Counted from the first letter of the whole stretch, positions 1-12,640 are shown. The stretch: 63,383 nt of DNA, filler included, from Dicyema japonicum (GCA_011109175.1; 7 parts of 7 records of this genome joined end to end with filler, not necessarily neighbours in it); one strand, 5' to 3'. The notes: generated by a model from the sequence alone, not told the origin. Program-made: numbers and translations.

Positions 1-3000
1 GATTGGAGTTTAAAGAAGAGTCAGATAAAATCTCATTCATTGAAGAGACTAATCTATTTTCTCCTTTCGGGAAGGGAAACCACAAGATGATCGAACTCAA
101 AGAGAGGCTTTCGAAAATTGTTCTAAATAATGTGCCAATATGGATTGAAGAAGACGAACTTATGGCATACATGAAAGAAATTGCTCCACTGAGTCGATGA
201 AACGTATTATAAGGAATGGAAGAAAACTCCTTGTTGTGAAGATGAGCTTAAAGTCAAGGGCAGAAGCTTGATACGCCTGGGTCTTGTCATTGGATGGATG
301 GAAATCGATTCTGAGTGGGCCAGAAGACCACCCCCAAGATGCTTTAATTGTCAATATTTCGGACACATTGCAATGGGGCAAAGAGATGTTTTTTTATGTG
401 GAGGACCACATAGTTCTCCGGAGTGCCCAGAACCGAACAATTGAAGATCCTGTATCAACTTCGGGTCTGGTGATCACGGAACGAGTTATGGTGGTTGTCC
501 GGTGGCCAGGGAAGCCGTGGCCTCCACAGGAAGAGGAACCGAATGTCATGGGTTAGGAACATGGAGGAGAAGAGAAAATCCTCTTTTGCCACATTACCTA
601 GATACGAAGTCTAGAGAAAACAAGCAGGATGTAATAATCAAAAATCGACCTCTAAAATACGATATTATGAATCCAACACAGAAAAGGCCAATTGTGGATA
701 AAGAACACTTGGAGGAGAAGCTAAAAAGGTCCTGCTGGGAACTTATTCAGCGGCATCTGAAAGAAAATCGAGAGAACTTACATATGTGATTAACCGTCTG
801 AACTAAGAGTGTGATAAGGTAAATTTGGATTTACAGCAAGTGGTGTTCTGGTCCTGAAGAGATCAGGCCTCCACTTAAGGAGGCATCACGAGCTAGCTTC
901 TCTGGCGAATGCCGAGGAATCTGATATAATAATTGTCAACGATTCGAAGATGAAGTCAAATGAGAATACAGTACTCCCGGGTTTCGAATCGATATCTTTA
1001 TACTGGAAAGAAGGGGCTATACCAGGGACTAAGACATGAATTTTTTATCGGTGTCATTTAAAGGCAAAGAATCCCAGAATTGTTTCATCAATTTGTTGTG
1101 AGTTTGTCACCATTGATGTTCGTTGTGTCAACGGATAGCTCGCAATTGGCGGTATGTACTCCAAATCCTTGAGGGAATGTACCGGAGATATCTCCCAGTT
1201 CTTCAGTGAAAACCCGATGGCCATACTGGGAAGTAATCTCAACTCCAAGAACACATCCTTTGGCTACAAGAAGAGTAACAGGGATGGTAAGCTCCTGATG
1301 AAGCTATCTAGAGGCCTAGGAGTAAAAGTCGTTACATCGAAGGAGGATAACCATTTCTCTCCCTACGGGGGTGACAAGCTTGGTGTCTTCTTGATTTCCC
1401 TTGCTATTTTAGAATACGCCGACGTACCAATTACTCTTCCTGATATTGGCACGGATCTGATATTATACTTTCTGAATAACTTTGCTAAAAAATATACTCA
1501 AGAAACGATACTGTTGTCCTTATTCCATGGTACATCAAGAAGATTGTGTTGAAAAGAAATAATCTAAGAACTAAACTGAGGAAATGCGTAGACCCACAGG
1601 ACCGTTTAGTCATGTCTCATAAAAAACTACAAACGCAGTTGTCGGAACAATTCAAAAGTTGGAATGAGAATAAGTGGAACTCTCAACTACGGAAGCTAAG
1701 CAACCACAATCCCTCTTTCTAGAAGGTATAAGAGTGAGAAACCCTGAGTCAATCGCAAACAAGATTGTGCTCAAGAAACTGGATGGCACCTACTATGCTG
1801 AAAAAGAAATACCTCTAGTTTTTGAGACACAGCTTAAAAAAGATATTCGATGTGGACGATGATGTCATAGCGGAAAAGACTTGCTACGAACCATTGTCAG
1901 AGAAAACAGCGTTTATAGAGATCTCTCTAGAAGAGCTAAAGATAGTAATAAGAGCTGTCAAGAATAAAGCTCAGGGCAGTGATTTTATCAAAGCTAGGGT
2001 GTTCAAAGAATCCCAGAAATTTTATTCGAAGTTCTCAAAGACATTTTCAACAAAACAGCGCTTATAGAGATCTCTCTAGAAGAGCTAAAGATAGCAATAA
2101 GAGCTGTCAAGAATAAAGCTCCGGGCAGTGATTTTATCAAAGCTAGGATGCTCAAAGAATCCCAGAAATTTTATTCGAAGTTCTCAAAGACATTTTCAAC
2201 GCATGCATAAAAATTGTCATGTTCCACACGAATGGAAGAAGACTATTGTACGGATGGTAGTGAAGACAGGAAGACCGAAGAATGATCCTGCTAGCTACCG
2301 TCCGATCAGCCTGATTCGGTCAATTTCAAAAATCATGGAAAAATTGTCTTCTGGAGGCTTAAAAATCAGCTGGAAATAGAAAATTACTTCAGAAATAATC
2401 AATTTGGTTTTAGCCCAGGAGGGTCATGCGGTGATTGCTTATTTCATCTCAACTCCGAGTTATGCAAAGCCAGAGAATCCAAATGTCTTCTGAATGTCAT
2501 ATGTCTCGACATATTAAAAGCATTTATTTGACAGTAATAACAACAGAGCCATAATTGATTAGTTATCTCTGACGGGGAGCTTAAAAGAACTAGTGAATTG
2601 GGTGAAAGTGTACATAAAAAAATCCTATGTTAGATGCGGACGCTATTTTTCAAATATGATATTATTGAAGAGAGGAGGAGTCCCACAAGGATCAATTTTG
2701 AGCCCTCTATTATTTAATGTTCTAATGGCTGGTTTCCCGTCTCCGTCTACACAGAGTACGAGATCTCTGATATACGCAGACGACGTGCTACTGTCTGATA
2801 TGTCGAGATCGAGCATGATCTCAGAGAGGAGACTCAATGTGTACATGGATGGTGCGGTCTTCATGGGTTAAAATTGTCAGAAAAAAAATCTAGTGCAATG
2901 ATGTTCCTCGGTCGGAATGGTAAAGGAAATCAGAAAGACTCCATATGAGGAATCAACATTGTGAGCTCCCTGAAGTATCTCGGAACAGCTTTTGAGAAAT

Positions 3001-3330
3001 CTGGGAGCACATTGTGCGATTTTCAAAAGGAAGAAAGCATACTATGCGATATTGTGTATGAGGAAATTGAGACTCGAGACGGATATGTTTTTATTTATTT
3101 TTTCACGTACGATCATTCCATCACTCCTTTATGGACTAGAATGATGGTATTACACTGCATACAAAGAGCGCTTTATCTTGCTTCTTGAAAAATCGAGGAG
3201 AGCAGAGATCAAGATTGCCCTACACAAAAGGCTCGACGAGAATCTAGATGAAGATGAAAATTTGCTAGTAATGTCGATAAAAGATGCAGCAGAAAAAGGA
3301 TGGAAAACTACCTAAAAAGAGATGCCATCA
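1..3330 (+). mobile_element. Decayed LINE (I/Jockey group, 'family 1'): ORF1 with CCHC knuckles, ORF2 with APE endonuclease and RT
   Basis: Across frameshifts: ORF1 PPRCFNCQYFGH, CFLCGGPH (~330-430); APE-like region NLNSKN..YGGDKLGVFLIS..DIGTD (1230-1460); RT motifs WKKTIVRMVVKTGRPKNDPASYRPISL, QFGF, GVPQGSILSPLLFN, YADD (2230-2790). Multiple stops and frameshifts. Confidence 0.88.
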
Positions 3331-4959
3331 TTGACTCGTATGTTGCAGCACAGAAAATACGATAAGGGTCTGAGAGCGCAGAGAAGAGTCCAAGCGTTTG
3401 CAGGACTTGCGGCATGAGTCCAAAAAATTCCCTCTTTTATTTTTTTGCTAATAAAGTTGTTAAAGTTAAAGCGTTTGTCGCTTCCCGGCCTTTTAGCTAA
3501 GATCAAAGTGTAGTATCTGTTCTTTCCAGCTTTATATCTGCGACTCCCTTACAAGTGGCAAGATATAATGCTTATTTTTGTAACTTGGTGTGTGTTGCGA
3601 AGCTTGCTTTCGCCATACCGCACGTCTTCCTAGTATTGCAGTACTTCTAGGTTGGTCGCATAGCCATTTTGGGGGTTTCTTGAAATTAAAGTTTGATATA
3701 TTTGAGTAGTTTTTTCCAATTTCTGAAATGTACCCCAGCCTCCTGGAATCGCATAATCATATAGTTGTACATCAAATTGCTTAGGAAGACAACTTCTGGA
3801 TCGATCCAGGCTCCAGGTCATAGATTACGTAAGTAGAGGATCGATCCATAAATCCTAACAACGCTAGCGTTGTCCCACGTGATTACCTAAAAGAGTCATT
3901 AACTTTCTCTACCTCATCATCAAATGGGGTAGTTGTCCCTTTGCAAATAATATATTCCATAAAGAAGCTGTGACGATTCAAATAGAATGTTGAGGAGTGA
4001 AAAGTTTGATTTTAAAATAATTATTAATCTTTGATCTAAGTAGTTCGATACCCTTTGCAAATAATATATTCCATAAAGAAGCTGTGACGATTCAAATAGA
4101 ATGTTGAGGAGTGAAAAGTTTGATTTTAAAATAATTATTAATCTTTGATTTAAGTAGTTCGATAAGAGGTTTGATATATTCAGTTCATTATGTAATGATT
4201 CAAAATTTAAAAAACAAAATAGGCAATGTTCTTATTTATTTAAAATCAAGAATCACCGACAAATTAGGAGATAATCATCCCGGTCTCCTTAAATAGTCAT
4301 CTCACCTTTGCTCCATGTTCTTCTTCGGATCTTTAATCTGAAACGACTCCACATATCTGCCAAAGATTTTTTAAAAAGACCTTCGCCATCAGCACCTCTT
4401 AAGTTAGGTGGATCCCAGCACTAACTTCNAAAATCAAGAATCACCGACAAATTAGGAGATAATCATCCCGGTCTCCTTAAATAGTCATCTCACCTTTGCT
4501 CCATGTTTTTTTTCGGATCTTTAATCTGAAACGACTCCACATATCTGCCAAAGATTTTTTAAAAAGACCTTCGCCATCAGCACCTATTAAGTTAGGTGGA
4601 TCCCAGCACTAACTTCTAATACACTCGTCTGAAGATAATCCAATTTGATGTCGATTTTCTACCACGTGCTCAGTGAAGTATACATCTTTGACGATCCATT
4701 ATACTTATTTTCACTACCCCATTATGAATTGACTCGGGCGTATGAACATTAGGAGACATCACGTGTAATTGAATTATTAACTATCGTCCTATTCTACGTG
4801 AATCCATACTTTCTTAGGTATTTCGGATTTCCAAAGTCTCGAGTCCGTTACCTCGTTCATGCTTACGAGAAGGAAGACAGACTTCCACCAATCATGAGCT
4901 AAGTAGATGTCATTCCATACAATAGTTACGAAACACCCTTACGAAACACCCTTATTCAA

Positions 4960-5800
4960 CGAAACCTACGGTCAAGCTCCCGTTTAATTCCAAATGGAAT
5001 ACCCCAAGGATCTCCTCTGCCCCCTATACTCTCCAACCTTTTCTTGAATGATATCCAGACTCCGGAGCATGAAAATGACTTTTTACTGACTTATGCAGAT
5101 AATATTGTTATTGCATCCAGGGACCAAGACGTCCAGGTGGCCTAAGAGAGATTTCAATTACTTATAGACTGCTTAATCTATTGGTTAAATGAAAACAGTC
5201 TGTCGATCAGCCCGGAAAAGTCGGTTACGTCTCTGCATATTTATGATAAGAGAATATCCAACAGGACAGTGGACATAGAAGCAGATGGATCAAGTTGCCA
5301 TTCCAAAAATGGCAGAAGATCATGGGAGTAGTATTCGGCACCCATATAACTTTGTTACGCCACGTGGGTAATGTTTTAAACAAATGTGAAAAGTAAATCA
5401 ACCTCTTGAAGGGGATCTCTGGTTTATGGAAGATCGGAAGTCATTCCGTTTTGAAATCACTATATAACCAGTTCGTCGAGCCATGCATATCATGTGCATC
5501 ATGGGGCCCCTCAATTTCTTGGACGAATGCCCAGAGAATTGCGGCAACCCAAAAAATAACGTTTTCCGTAATAGAAAACTGGATCAAAGGCGATCTAAAT
5601 TCTACACCTACCCCCTTGGAAGACCTAATAAAAAGAAAAGGAAGCCAAACTCAACGATACCAGAGGATCACTCGTCCACTGCGTGCTTGTGTTGGATCGA
5701 GGGAAGACCAGCGGGCCAAGCTGAGAGCCCTATTGAAATTCGCCGGGATCACAAAATTTCTTGTTTTTGTCTTTAACTGTAGTCTTATAAATTTCAAATT
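4960..5800 (+). mobile_element. 5'-truncated LINE 'family B' (RT to C-terminus)
   Basis: GIPQGSPLPPILSNLFLND, TYADN, then CASWGPS..CVGSREDQRAKLRALLKFAGIT C-terminus shared with other copies. Confidence 0.85.
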
Positions 5801-6039
5801 TCAATTATTGATAGAGACCCCATGATTAGGGGGACGTTTAGTGTTCTCCGCAGTAACGAGGTGGACATCTTTTTCGACGATCTCAATAGAATCCTAAGAC
5901 ATCGATTTTGTAAAACCTCCAGCTTGATATTGATAAGGGGGCAATCCATGAGCACAGGTGTACTCGATACTATGTAAAACGAATTGTTTGTATAGAAACT
6001 CTAACGATTGACGGGAAGATACTGAAGTGAGTGAACGCC

Positions 6040-6450
6040 TTTAAAATTCTAATTTTTGGATCCTATAGGTTATTAGATCCATTTTATGGGCAAATGTGAG
6101 TAGGGGATCCTGGATAAGTCTAAGGATTGAAAGGGTTTTCTTAATGAGAAGCGGGGAGTCATACAATATTGTTCGTGGTGTTGCCCGTAATTCTTTTCGT
6201 GCTGAGGTAAACGTCATTACATGTGACTTTCCTAATGATATACTCAGACGGTTCTTCAGAACCAAAGACCCATCGGGTTTAGTAGGTCTTGCACGGATCG
6301 TGTCGCCTCGTCGATTCTTCGATGTTTCACTGCGACCATGAGATCATCCGCATATGATAGAAGAATAGTGTTTTTGGTGGTTGGGGATGGTAGGTCACTG
6401 ATGAACATGTTGAAGAGCATCAAACATAAATTAGCGTACATTTATAGAAA
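6040..6450 (-). mobile_element. LINE family B RT fragment
   Basis: LFNMFISDLP..LLSYADDLMV..KNRLSISLGKS..ILRLIQDPLLTF. Confidence 0.85.
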
Positions 6451-6569
6451 AACAATGCAAAAACACCACATGGAGGATTTTTTAATATAAATTACTAATC
6501 CACTATTTTTAAAAGATAATTAATTTAAATTTTAAATATTATTTGTACAAGGTTAATAAATTGACTAAC

Positions 6570-6790
6570 CCCAGAAACATCGAGAAAATCCAGAGGAATT
6601 TCAGTCGATAATAAAAAAGTGCACGCCGATTGAATTCCTTTGCAGAAGGAAGAGCTTCCGGAGTGCGGTTGGATCATTAGAAGACCAAATGAAGAGAGTT
6701 TGGATGTTGCTGGAGGCTGGGATCACCTAATTAGTTAGTTTTGACCTATCTTTCCTGGTGGTCTTGGGGTTAAATAAATAAATAAAAAAT
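6570..6790 (+). mobile_element. LINE family B 3' end
   Basis: SAVGSLEDQMKRVWMLLEAGIT* is homologous to the other family B C-termini; followed by a (TAAA)n tail. Confidence 0.65.
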
Positions 6791-6806
6791 CGAGAAAAAA
6801 ATTAAC

Positions 6807-7107
6807 AGTAAACAACTCGTTAAGTGTATTCAGTTTCAACTGTTGCATAAACAGACTCCTTCAACCTCACACAAGTCTATCCGGAACCAGCATAAAAGGT
6901 AAAATACGTCCATTTCTTGCAGTTGTGGGAATTTTCAATTGAATGGGGGAGCAAATGATCCTTTTTCGTGCCAACCTGGCACTGGACGTTACCTGAGACA
7001 GGTGGGTCACATGATTCCACTCTAGTAGGAAGGGAAAAGGAGGAACATACAAAAAGTAGAAAACTTTAACCAATTAGCCACGTAGCACCATATGGGGACA
7101 TGTGGCG
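6807..7107 (-). repeat. Dispersed structured repeat 'family A', copy 1 (SINE-like or LINE-UTR-like)
   Basis: Aligns by eye with 13072-13250 and 29660-29987; shared cores include cataaaaggtaa and gagcaaatgatcctttttcgtgcc. Strand is inferred. Confidence 0.85.
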
Positions 7108-7129
7108 AAAACTTTAATAAATTAATTAA

Positions 7130-7530
7130 GTTCCTCTTCGGCTAGACCTTGACTTCTGCTTGGAATACCGATTTGGTGTGATGGATGACATGAAAGGACT
7201 ACACTGGCTGTTAATCAGACGGAGCTACGGAGGATTCCCTTGTAACACCTAAAAAACTCGACAGTAATGAAAGCTATCGAAGATGCCTGCTCTACTTGCC
7301 TTCTGGTACTCTTCTGTCTGAAAGAGGTGATGGTAAGAAGCTAGATGACGTAACAACCATTCCTGGAGCCAAGGGAGGTTTCTTGCTTGGGATTCAACAT
7401 GCACGGACATTTTCTTTAATGGGAATTTGCTTAAGTCATCGTTGCACGCGGGTTCAGCAGCAAACACTGCTAATAAGCCAAGGACGTTTCAACAGCGAGT
7501 GGAACAGACAAAAAATCCTCGGATAGAGTA
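7130..7530 (+). mobile_element. CRE-clade non-LTR retrotransposon, REL endonuclease fragment
   Basis: RGDGKKLDDVTTIPG..WDSTCTDIF..LHAGSAANTA corresponds to the RPDG/WDATC REL motif. Confidence 0.75.
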
Positions 7531-8259
7531 ATTAATTGTACAAAGTTAATTAAATTTTCGAGTTGACCGAGTGTCATAAGTGCTGGGTGAAACCTGAGAA
7601 CGTCCTCGTGGTCTCCACGAAACAGCAAGTCTTCTACATGGGTTTATTGTAGAATGTTTCACTCATCTCGTTTGGATTTTGTGAAGACGAATATTGAACT
7701 TACTGCTAAAATCTAGGATTTAGGAAACGCCAGCTGGACCTTATTTTTGTTGGTAATTTTCAGTTTCAACACGTCTCATCAAGTTCAAACTCGGGAGTAC
7801 CGTTCTTCGAAGTCCTGCTGAAGTTAAATTATGAAGTTCCGCGAATATTTGGAGTACTGCATGAATGGTGACCCTGAAAGTAATATTAGACCTTTGAACT
7901 CATATCTGATGACTTCCTATTTAACCCCTAATCTGACCCTGATTGTTGAGGACTTGCTTATAAGAGGACAGGGGGATGAATCATTTATCCGCTTCGAGAA
8001 TAGTAATACTAATTATATTTGGTGTTTTGTCAATCGTGATATCCGTCACCTTTTTCAAGGAAAGATGGGAATTCACATACTTAATACCGCCAAGTTTTCT
8101 TTCGCAAAAAAATTTGAATTTTACTGTTTGACGATAAAAAGTGTGACTTTGAACAGTAGAATAATATGTTTATGGTAGCTTGGCTGTCTCCATGTTGCAT
8201 TTTGCTTGCTGTGCCATTGTGGATATTTCTTGTTCAGATCACTACAGATGACAAAGTCT

Positions 8260-8880
8260 TTAATTCTGGTAGCCGCGATATCTTGGGAGTGTATGACAGG
8301 GGACATGACCCTTTTGGCGGAATGTAGACATCCATGAAGATAGGCCGTACTGCATGTGAAAGCGAGAAGTTGATAGAGACCTACTCCAATGTTCAGTCGC
8401 CCTCGTACAATCCGGAGACAAGGTAGGAAATATCTGTGATTGACAATCCAATTCTAACAATTGATGGAAGTCCCCGCCAGCGACTCTGTCCAGGTCTCTG
8501 TGGGCTACCATATAACCAGGGAAACATGGAGTGGGAATTGATTTAGTTAACTTTGTATCTGGGATTACCACGGTGTCCACTTTGTGATCAGCCGGTAAGG
8601 CACGCAACTCCAAAACTTTGCTTCTGATCCCGTTACGTTTAATTGCAAGATGACACAGTAAAACATGAAGAGGTGTTCTGTGTACCTCCACATATAGCAC
8701 ATTCAATAGATCCAGGGGAACGGAAGACAAACACCAGCTACCAAGAGACAGTAAGCATTGCCGTGAACCACTTGTTCGACATGACTTCCATAGAAAACAT
8801 CTATTTTCCTTTGAGAGATTTTTTGAAGTGAGATTAGCTACAATGATATATATTTGTTGTGTGAATCCTACCTCCAAAAA
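8260..8880 (-). mobile_element. Jockey-like LINE, ORF1 end and APE N-terminal fragment
   Basis: KVLELRAL..HKVDTVVIPDTKL..FPGYMVAHRDLDRVAGG resembles the APE QETK and GY..RKDR..GG motifs. Confidence 0.7.
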
Positions 8881-9299
8881 GAAATAAGTGGAGTCTAGTT
8901 ACCAATCGGTTTCTTACACTTGAGTGACCGGGAAAAATATGCTACAAACAAAAGTGATCAGTTTGGACTATTCTTGTATCGTTTATAGAATCTGAAGGAG
9001 AAATCCTTCGTTTTAATTGGAAGTGGTCGATGTAGCCGACTTCGAGAAATACATAAATATGTGCCAGTACCAATTATTACATGCAGGAGGACTACTTTGG
9101 CTCGTCGATGTAAAAACAGATCATAGATCACCAGTTTCAATTGGTGAGTGCCAATGAGATTGTTTAAGTAAAAAACTGGTCAAATGAGTTTAAAAATTAA
9201 GATATATGGCCATGTTTTTCGACTTCTTCTTGGGGACTCAAAATTTAAAAAAAATTTTTTCTGGCTCCCATAAGTTTAAAAAGTTCAAATTTACAGGAA

Positions 9300-9940
9300 G
9301 ACTATTCCTATATTTGATTTGGAGTGTGGGGAACGGGTCCATTGGAAAGAGATCGGCATGCAAGGGAACCTTTGAATCGCTCATGATGACTGAAAGCGTT
9401 GAGGGAACCATCTTAGTTCATGAGTGGTTTATGATTTCATTGATGACTCCTTTACCAATTCTTCCATCTGTTCCGGAAATTTTGAAGGTATTGGGACGAA
9501 AAGGAAACGATTCTCGAGGACTGAATAATTCTAATAGAGTGAGTAGGTATTTGATCAGACAGAATGATCAGAATTTGCAAAGCATAAATGAGCTGACGTA
9601 CGCCACCTCCCAAACGAAAGGTATTCCAAGTGAAATCGGAAAATTTTCATAAAACATAAATTATCAATGAAATCGCAAAAGACCTAAAAATAATTCGACC
9701 ACTACTAATCTCATGGGGAAAGCAAAGAGATCTTCAACTACTTTTCCAATCCATATTGTAAGGGTCCTAGTTCAAAACTGACGACTCTTCGGAGTAGCAT
9801 TTCTGAAGCGCGCAGTCTGAACTCAACTACCTTGTTGTCTTCGAGGGTCCATATGGGACACAGGGACATAAAGTGTTTACGTTTTTGCTGTAAGTTCGGT
9901 TCTTTTTCATGAAGAATCAAATTAAGGTTATACATCGCCT
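9300..9940 (-). mobile_element. LINE ORF1/APE remnant
   Basis: SLCPIWTLEDNKVVEF resembles ORF1 at 120-180; FKISGTDGRIGKGV is APE-like. Heavily decayed. Confidence 0.45.
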
Positions 9941-10039
9941 GATAAAAACAATAAAATTATATAAATTAAAATAACGAAAAATAATCAAAATTTATTTAAA
10001 AATTGATTAAATTTTATGTTTCCATTTACATTTCCTTTT

Positions 10040-10450
10040 TGGGAGTGATCTACGATACGCATGTGTATCTTTCGGCAAGTTGGAAATGTGCTAAACAAAT
10101 GTGAGAAAAAAATAAACCTGATGAAAAGCTTAACGGGGCTATGTGAAATTCGTGAACCATCACATACTAAAAACATTTTACTATAGTTCATTGAGTCGTA
10201 CATTTTTTATGCACGTGCTTCATGGGGATCTTACATGTCTTCGGCTAATGAAAAGAAAATCGGGCTACACATAAAGCGCTATTTGAGTGACATAGAAGTG
10301 GTCTAAGAACCACAAGAAAATCATGAGGAAACCCCACCACAACGAGCTTGTGCCGGTCGAGGGAGAAGCATCGAACCAAACTGAGAGCCTGGATTAACGT
10401 TCTGGGTCACTTAGTTTGTTTTTTTTCTTTTTAACGGTGGTCTTAAAATA
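10040..10450 (+). mobile_element. LINE family B 3' fragment
   Basis: RQVGNVLNKCEKKINLMKSLTG..ASWGS..; ends with the family B terminal sequence. Confidence 0.75.
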
Positions 10451-10519
10451 AAGATTTGTCTGATGTGGAGGTGATTTCCTTTGTTGAACTTTATGCTTTT
10501 TCTCTTGTCAAAGATCTAC

Positions 10520-10856
10520 ACCTTTAACTCTTGCTTCATTCAACGTGCGTGGAAGAAAGTGTGAACACCAAATGGAAAGTAAACGATCGAATTTCAGTGA
10601 TGGTTGAGTTAAAAACTCTTATATAACTCTCTGAAAGAAATCTCACATCAGAGAGGCGTGTAGAATATTGGTCGGGGGACCTGTTGCTCAGGTCATTAAT
10701 ATATTCTGATCAAAAGACAAAGATTTACAAATGAGGATGACGTGAATGGAACACAATACTTGAGTGAAGAAAAGCAGTTAGAAGATGGTGATGAGTGTGC
10801 AGTTAAGGAGATATGTAGTGGCTCCAACGGATGGAGGTTGGAGAATAATAGTTTGA
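10520..10856 (+). mobile_element. LINE (RTE-like) APE N-terminal fragment, cut by a gap
   Basis: TLASFNVRGRK is an APE start motif; decayed. Confidence 0.45.
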
Positions 10857-11046
10857 NNNNNNNNNNNNNNNNNNNNNNNNNNNNNNNNNNNNNNNNNNNN
10901 NNNNNNNNNNNNNNNNNNNNNNNNNNNNNNNNNNNNNNNNNNNNNNNNNNNNNNNNNNNNNNNNNNNNNNNNNNNNNNNNNNNNNNNNNNNNNNNNNNNN
11001 NNNNNNNNNNNNNNNNNNNNNNNNNNNNNNNNNNNNNNNNNNNNNN
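10857..11046. other. Assembly gap (190 N)
   Basis: Run of N. Confidence 1.
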
Positions 11047-11059
11047 AAAAAAATAATTA

Positions 11060-11157
11060 TAATAATTATGTCCTATTTAGGGACAATTTTATTTTTGAAA
11101 TAGGACAAAAAATAGGACATGGACATTTTTGTCCTAAGTAGGACAATTTCCGCCCTA
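11060..11157. mobile_element. hAT-like transposon right end with GGACA/TGTCC subterminal repeats
   Basis: Ends ...CGCCCTA (reverse TAGGGCG, the same start as the element at 59545); seven GGACA/TGTCC copies in ~80 bp. Confidence 0.55.
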
Positions 11158-11309
11158 CTGATTATCGATTAAAAAGGTCAAACTTTGTTATTTGTTTAAG
11201 CCAGTAACGTCTGCTTGTTACAACCAAATCATTCTCCAATAATCCATAACAGGCTTCCGCATCTGAAGAGAGGTGAAGAAGTAGGTCTCATCTCTTTCGT
11301 TGGTTCTAT

Positions 11310-11560
11310 TCCACTCGAATACATGAAAATTCCTATGGCGTCCAACCTTCCAAACAGACTTTCTAAAATAAAACCATCAATCCAAGTTTGAAGCGCTTCT
11401 ACTAGAAGACAGGAAAATTCCTAATGGCGTCCAGCCTTCCAAGCAGACTTCTCTAGAACAGAACCACGAGTCCCATTTTGAAACGCTTATACTTGAAGAC
11501 ATGAAAATTCCTAACGGTGTACAACCTTCCAAACAAACTTCTCCTAAAATCTTCTTCAGA
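11310..11560 (+). repeat. Three diverged 90-nt tandem units encoding a 30-aa repeat (LEDMKIPNGVQPSKQTS...)
   Basis: Units 2 and 3 are in frame and differ mostly at synonymous third positions; unit 1 is frameshifted. Confidence 0.75.
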
Positions 11561-11859
11561 AAAATCTAATAATCTCAATAATATGAACTGATTCCATCTT
11601 CGGTAAGAATAACACAAGATGATCATCTTTGCCTTCTGATATTCATGTCTACCAATATTAGATATTTGCCAACTAATATTAATTTTAAAATACGTGTCGA
11701 TCAATATTAGATTTTTGCTAATCGTAAAAAATCTCCTTGTCAATTTTTAGACCAGATGATAATGTGATCCCAAATGAGATAGTATAACATCCATGTGCAA
11801 TCATTCAATATTGGTTGATAACCCCCTATCCAACATAAAATTAGTCAGAGATCAATTCT

Positions 11860-12640
11860 TAGTGCCTTAAAGCTCCAAATGCTGAAGGAGTTGACATTCA
11901 TTGATATACAAAAGGCTTTTACTCAGTTTTGAGGACTCACCTTACAAAGAAGATTTTCGACTTCGACATCCACGCGAACCGTAAACTCTGGCTGGAAAAC
12001 CTCCTGTCTAGACTGGGCGGAAGAGAATGCATGGCGAAGAGCAGGTCAAGATCACGATTGCTTCCAAATGAAGTTCCACAAGGCTCTCCTCTTTCTCCGA
12101 CATTATTTAATCTTTTCCTTCACAATTTTCCATAGATGATGTCATCATCTGCGGTTGTCCAAGCCTACCTGATGTTCCCGATGTTCGTCTGGAATGCCTA
12201 TAACTGTTTCAAATAACCCAAAAATCCTTGGCGTGACCTATGACTCATTGATGACCTTCACAAGGCATGTCGAAAAAATCCTGACGAAAGGACTCCAAAA
12301 GTTATGTCCACAAGACAATTGTTGTGAAGAGCCCATAGAAGATTGCATACGCAAATTATACAGTCAAACCATTGTTTTCGCAATGGAATGCGCTTGTGAT
12401 TCATGGAAGCATGCACTTTAGCATCACCTTTGGACAAAATCAACTTCTTTTACGTAATCGAACTGATCTCACTCTCGACTCCACTGTCAAATCCGTCACT
12501 ATGAAGGAATGGCCGCGGATTCCTCTTGTTCTGCCAATAATAAGGGAGTTTATAATGCTCATTTGTAGCGCAATCGGAAAATGGAAAACTGTTACTCTGA
12601 CATCCGTCCTTCATCAACTTCCTGTGTAGGCAAAAGCGCA
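11860..12640 (+). mobile_element. Jockey-like LINE RT fragment
   Basis: FIDIQKAF, EVPQGSPLSPTLFNLFL, NNPKILGVTYDSLMTFTRHVEKI. Confidence 0.85.

Noticed and set aside
3630-3960. Weak VHS-domain-like peptides (TPFDDEVEK; NPQNGYATNLEVL) on the minus strand
   Set aside because: Similarity is too short and no consistent spliced frame could be built.
4241-4617. Near-perfect tandem duplications separated by a single n (also ~16912-17263, ~47870-48150, ~61243-61713)
   Set aside because: Typical of unmerged overlapping contig ends from scaffolding.
7594-7624. Possible hammerhead ribozyme (CTGAGA..stem..GAAAC); also CTGATGA near 10118
   Set aside because: The CUGANGA core is not adjacent to stem II and stems I/III do not form; the 10118 hit lies in LINE coding sequence.
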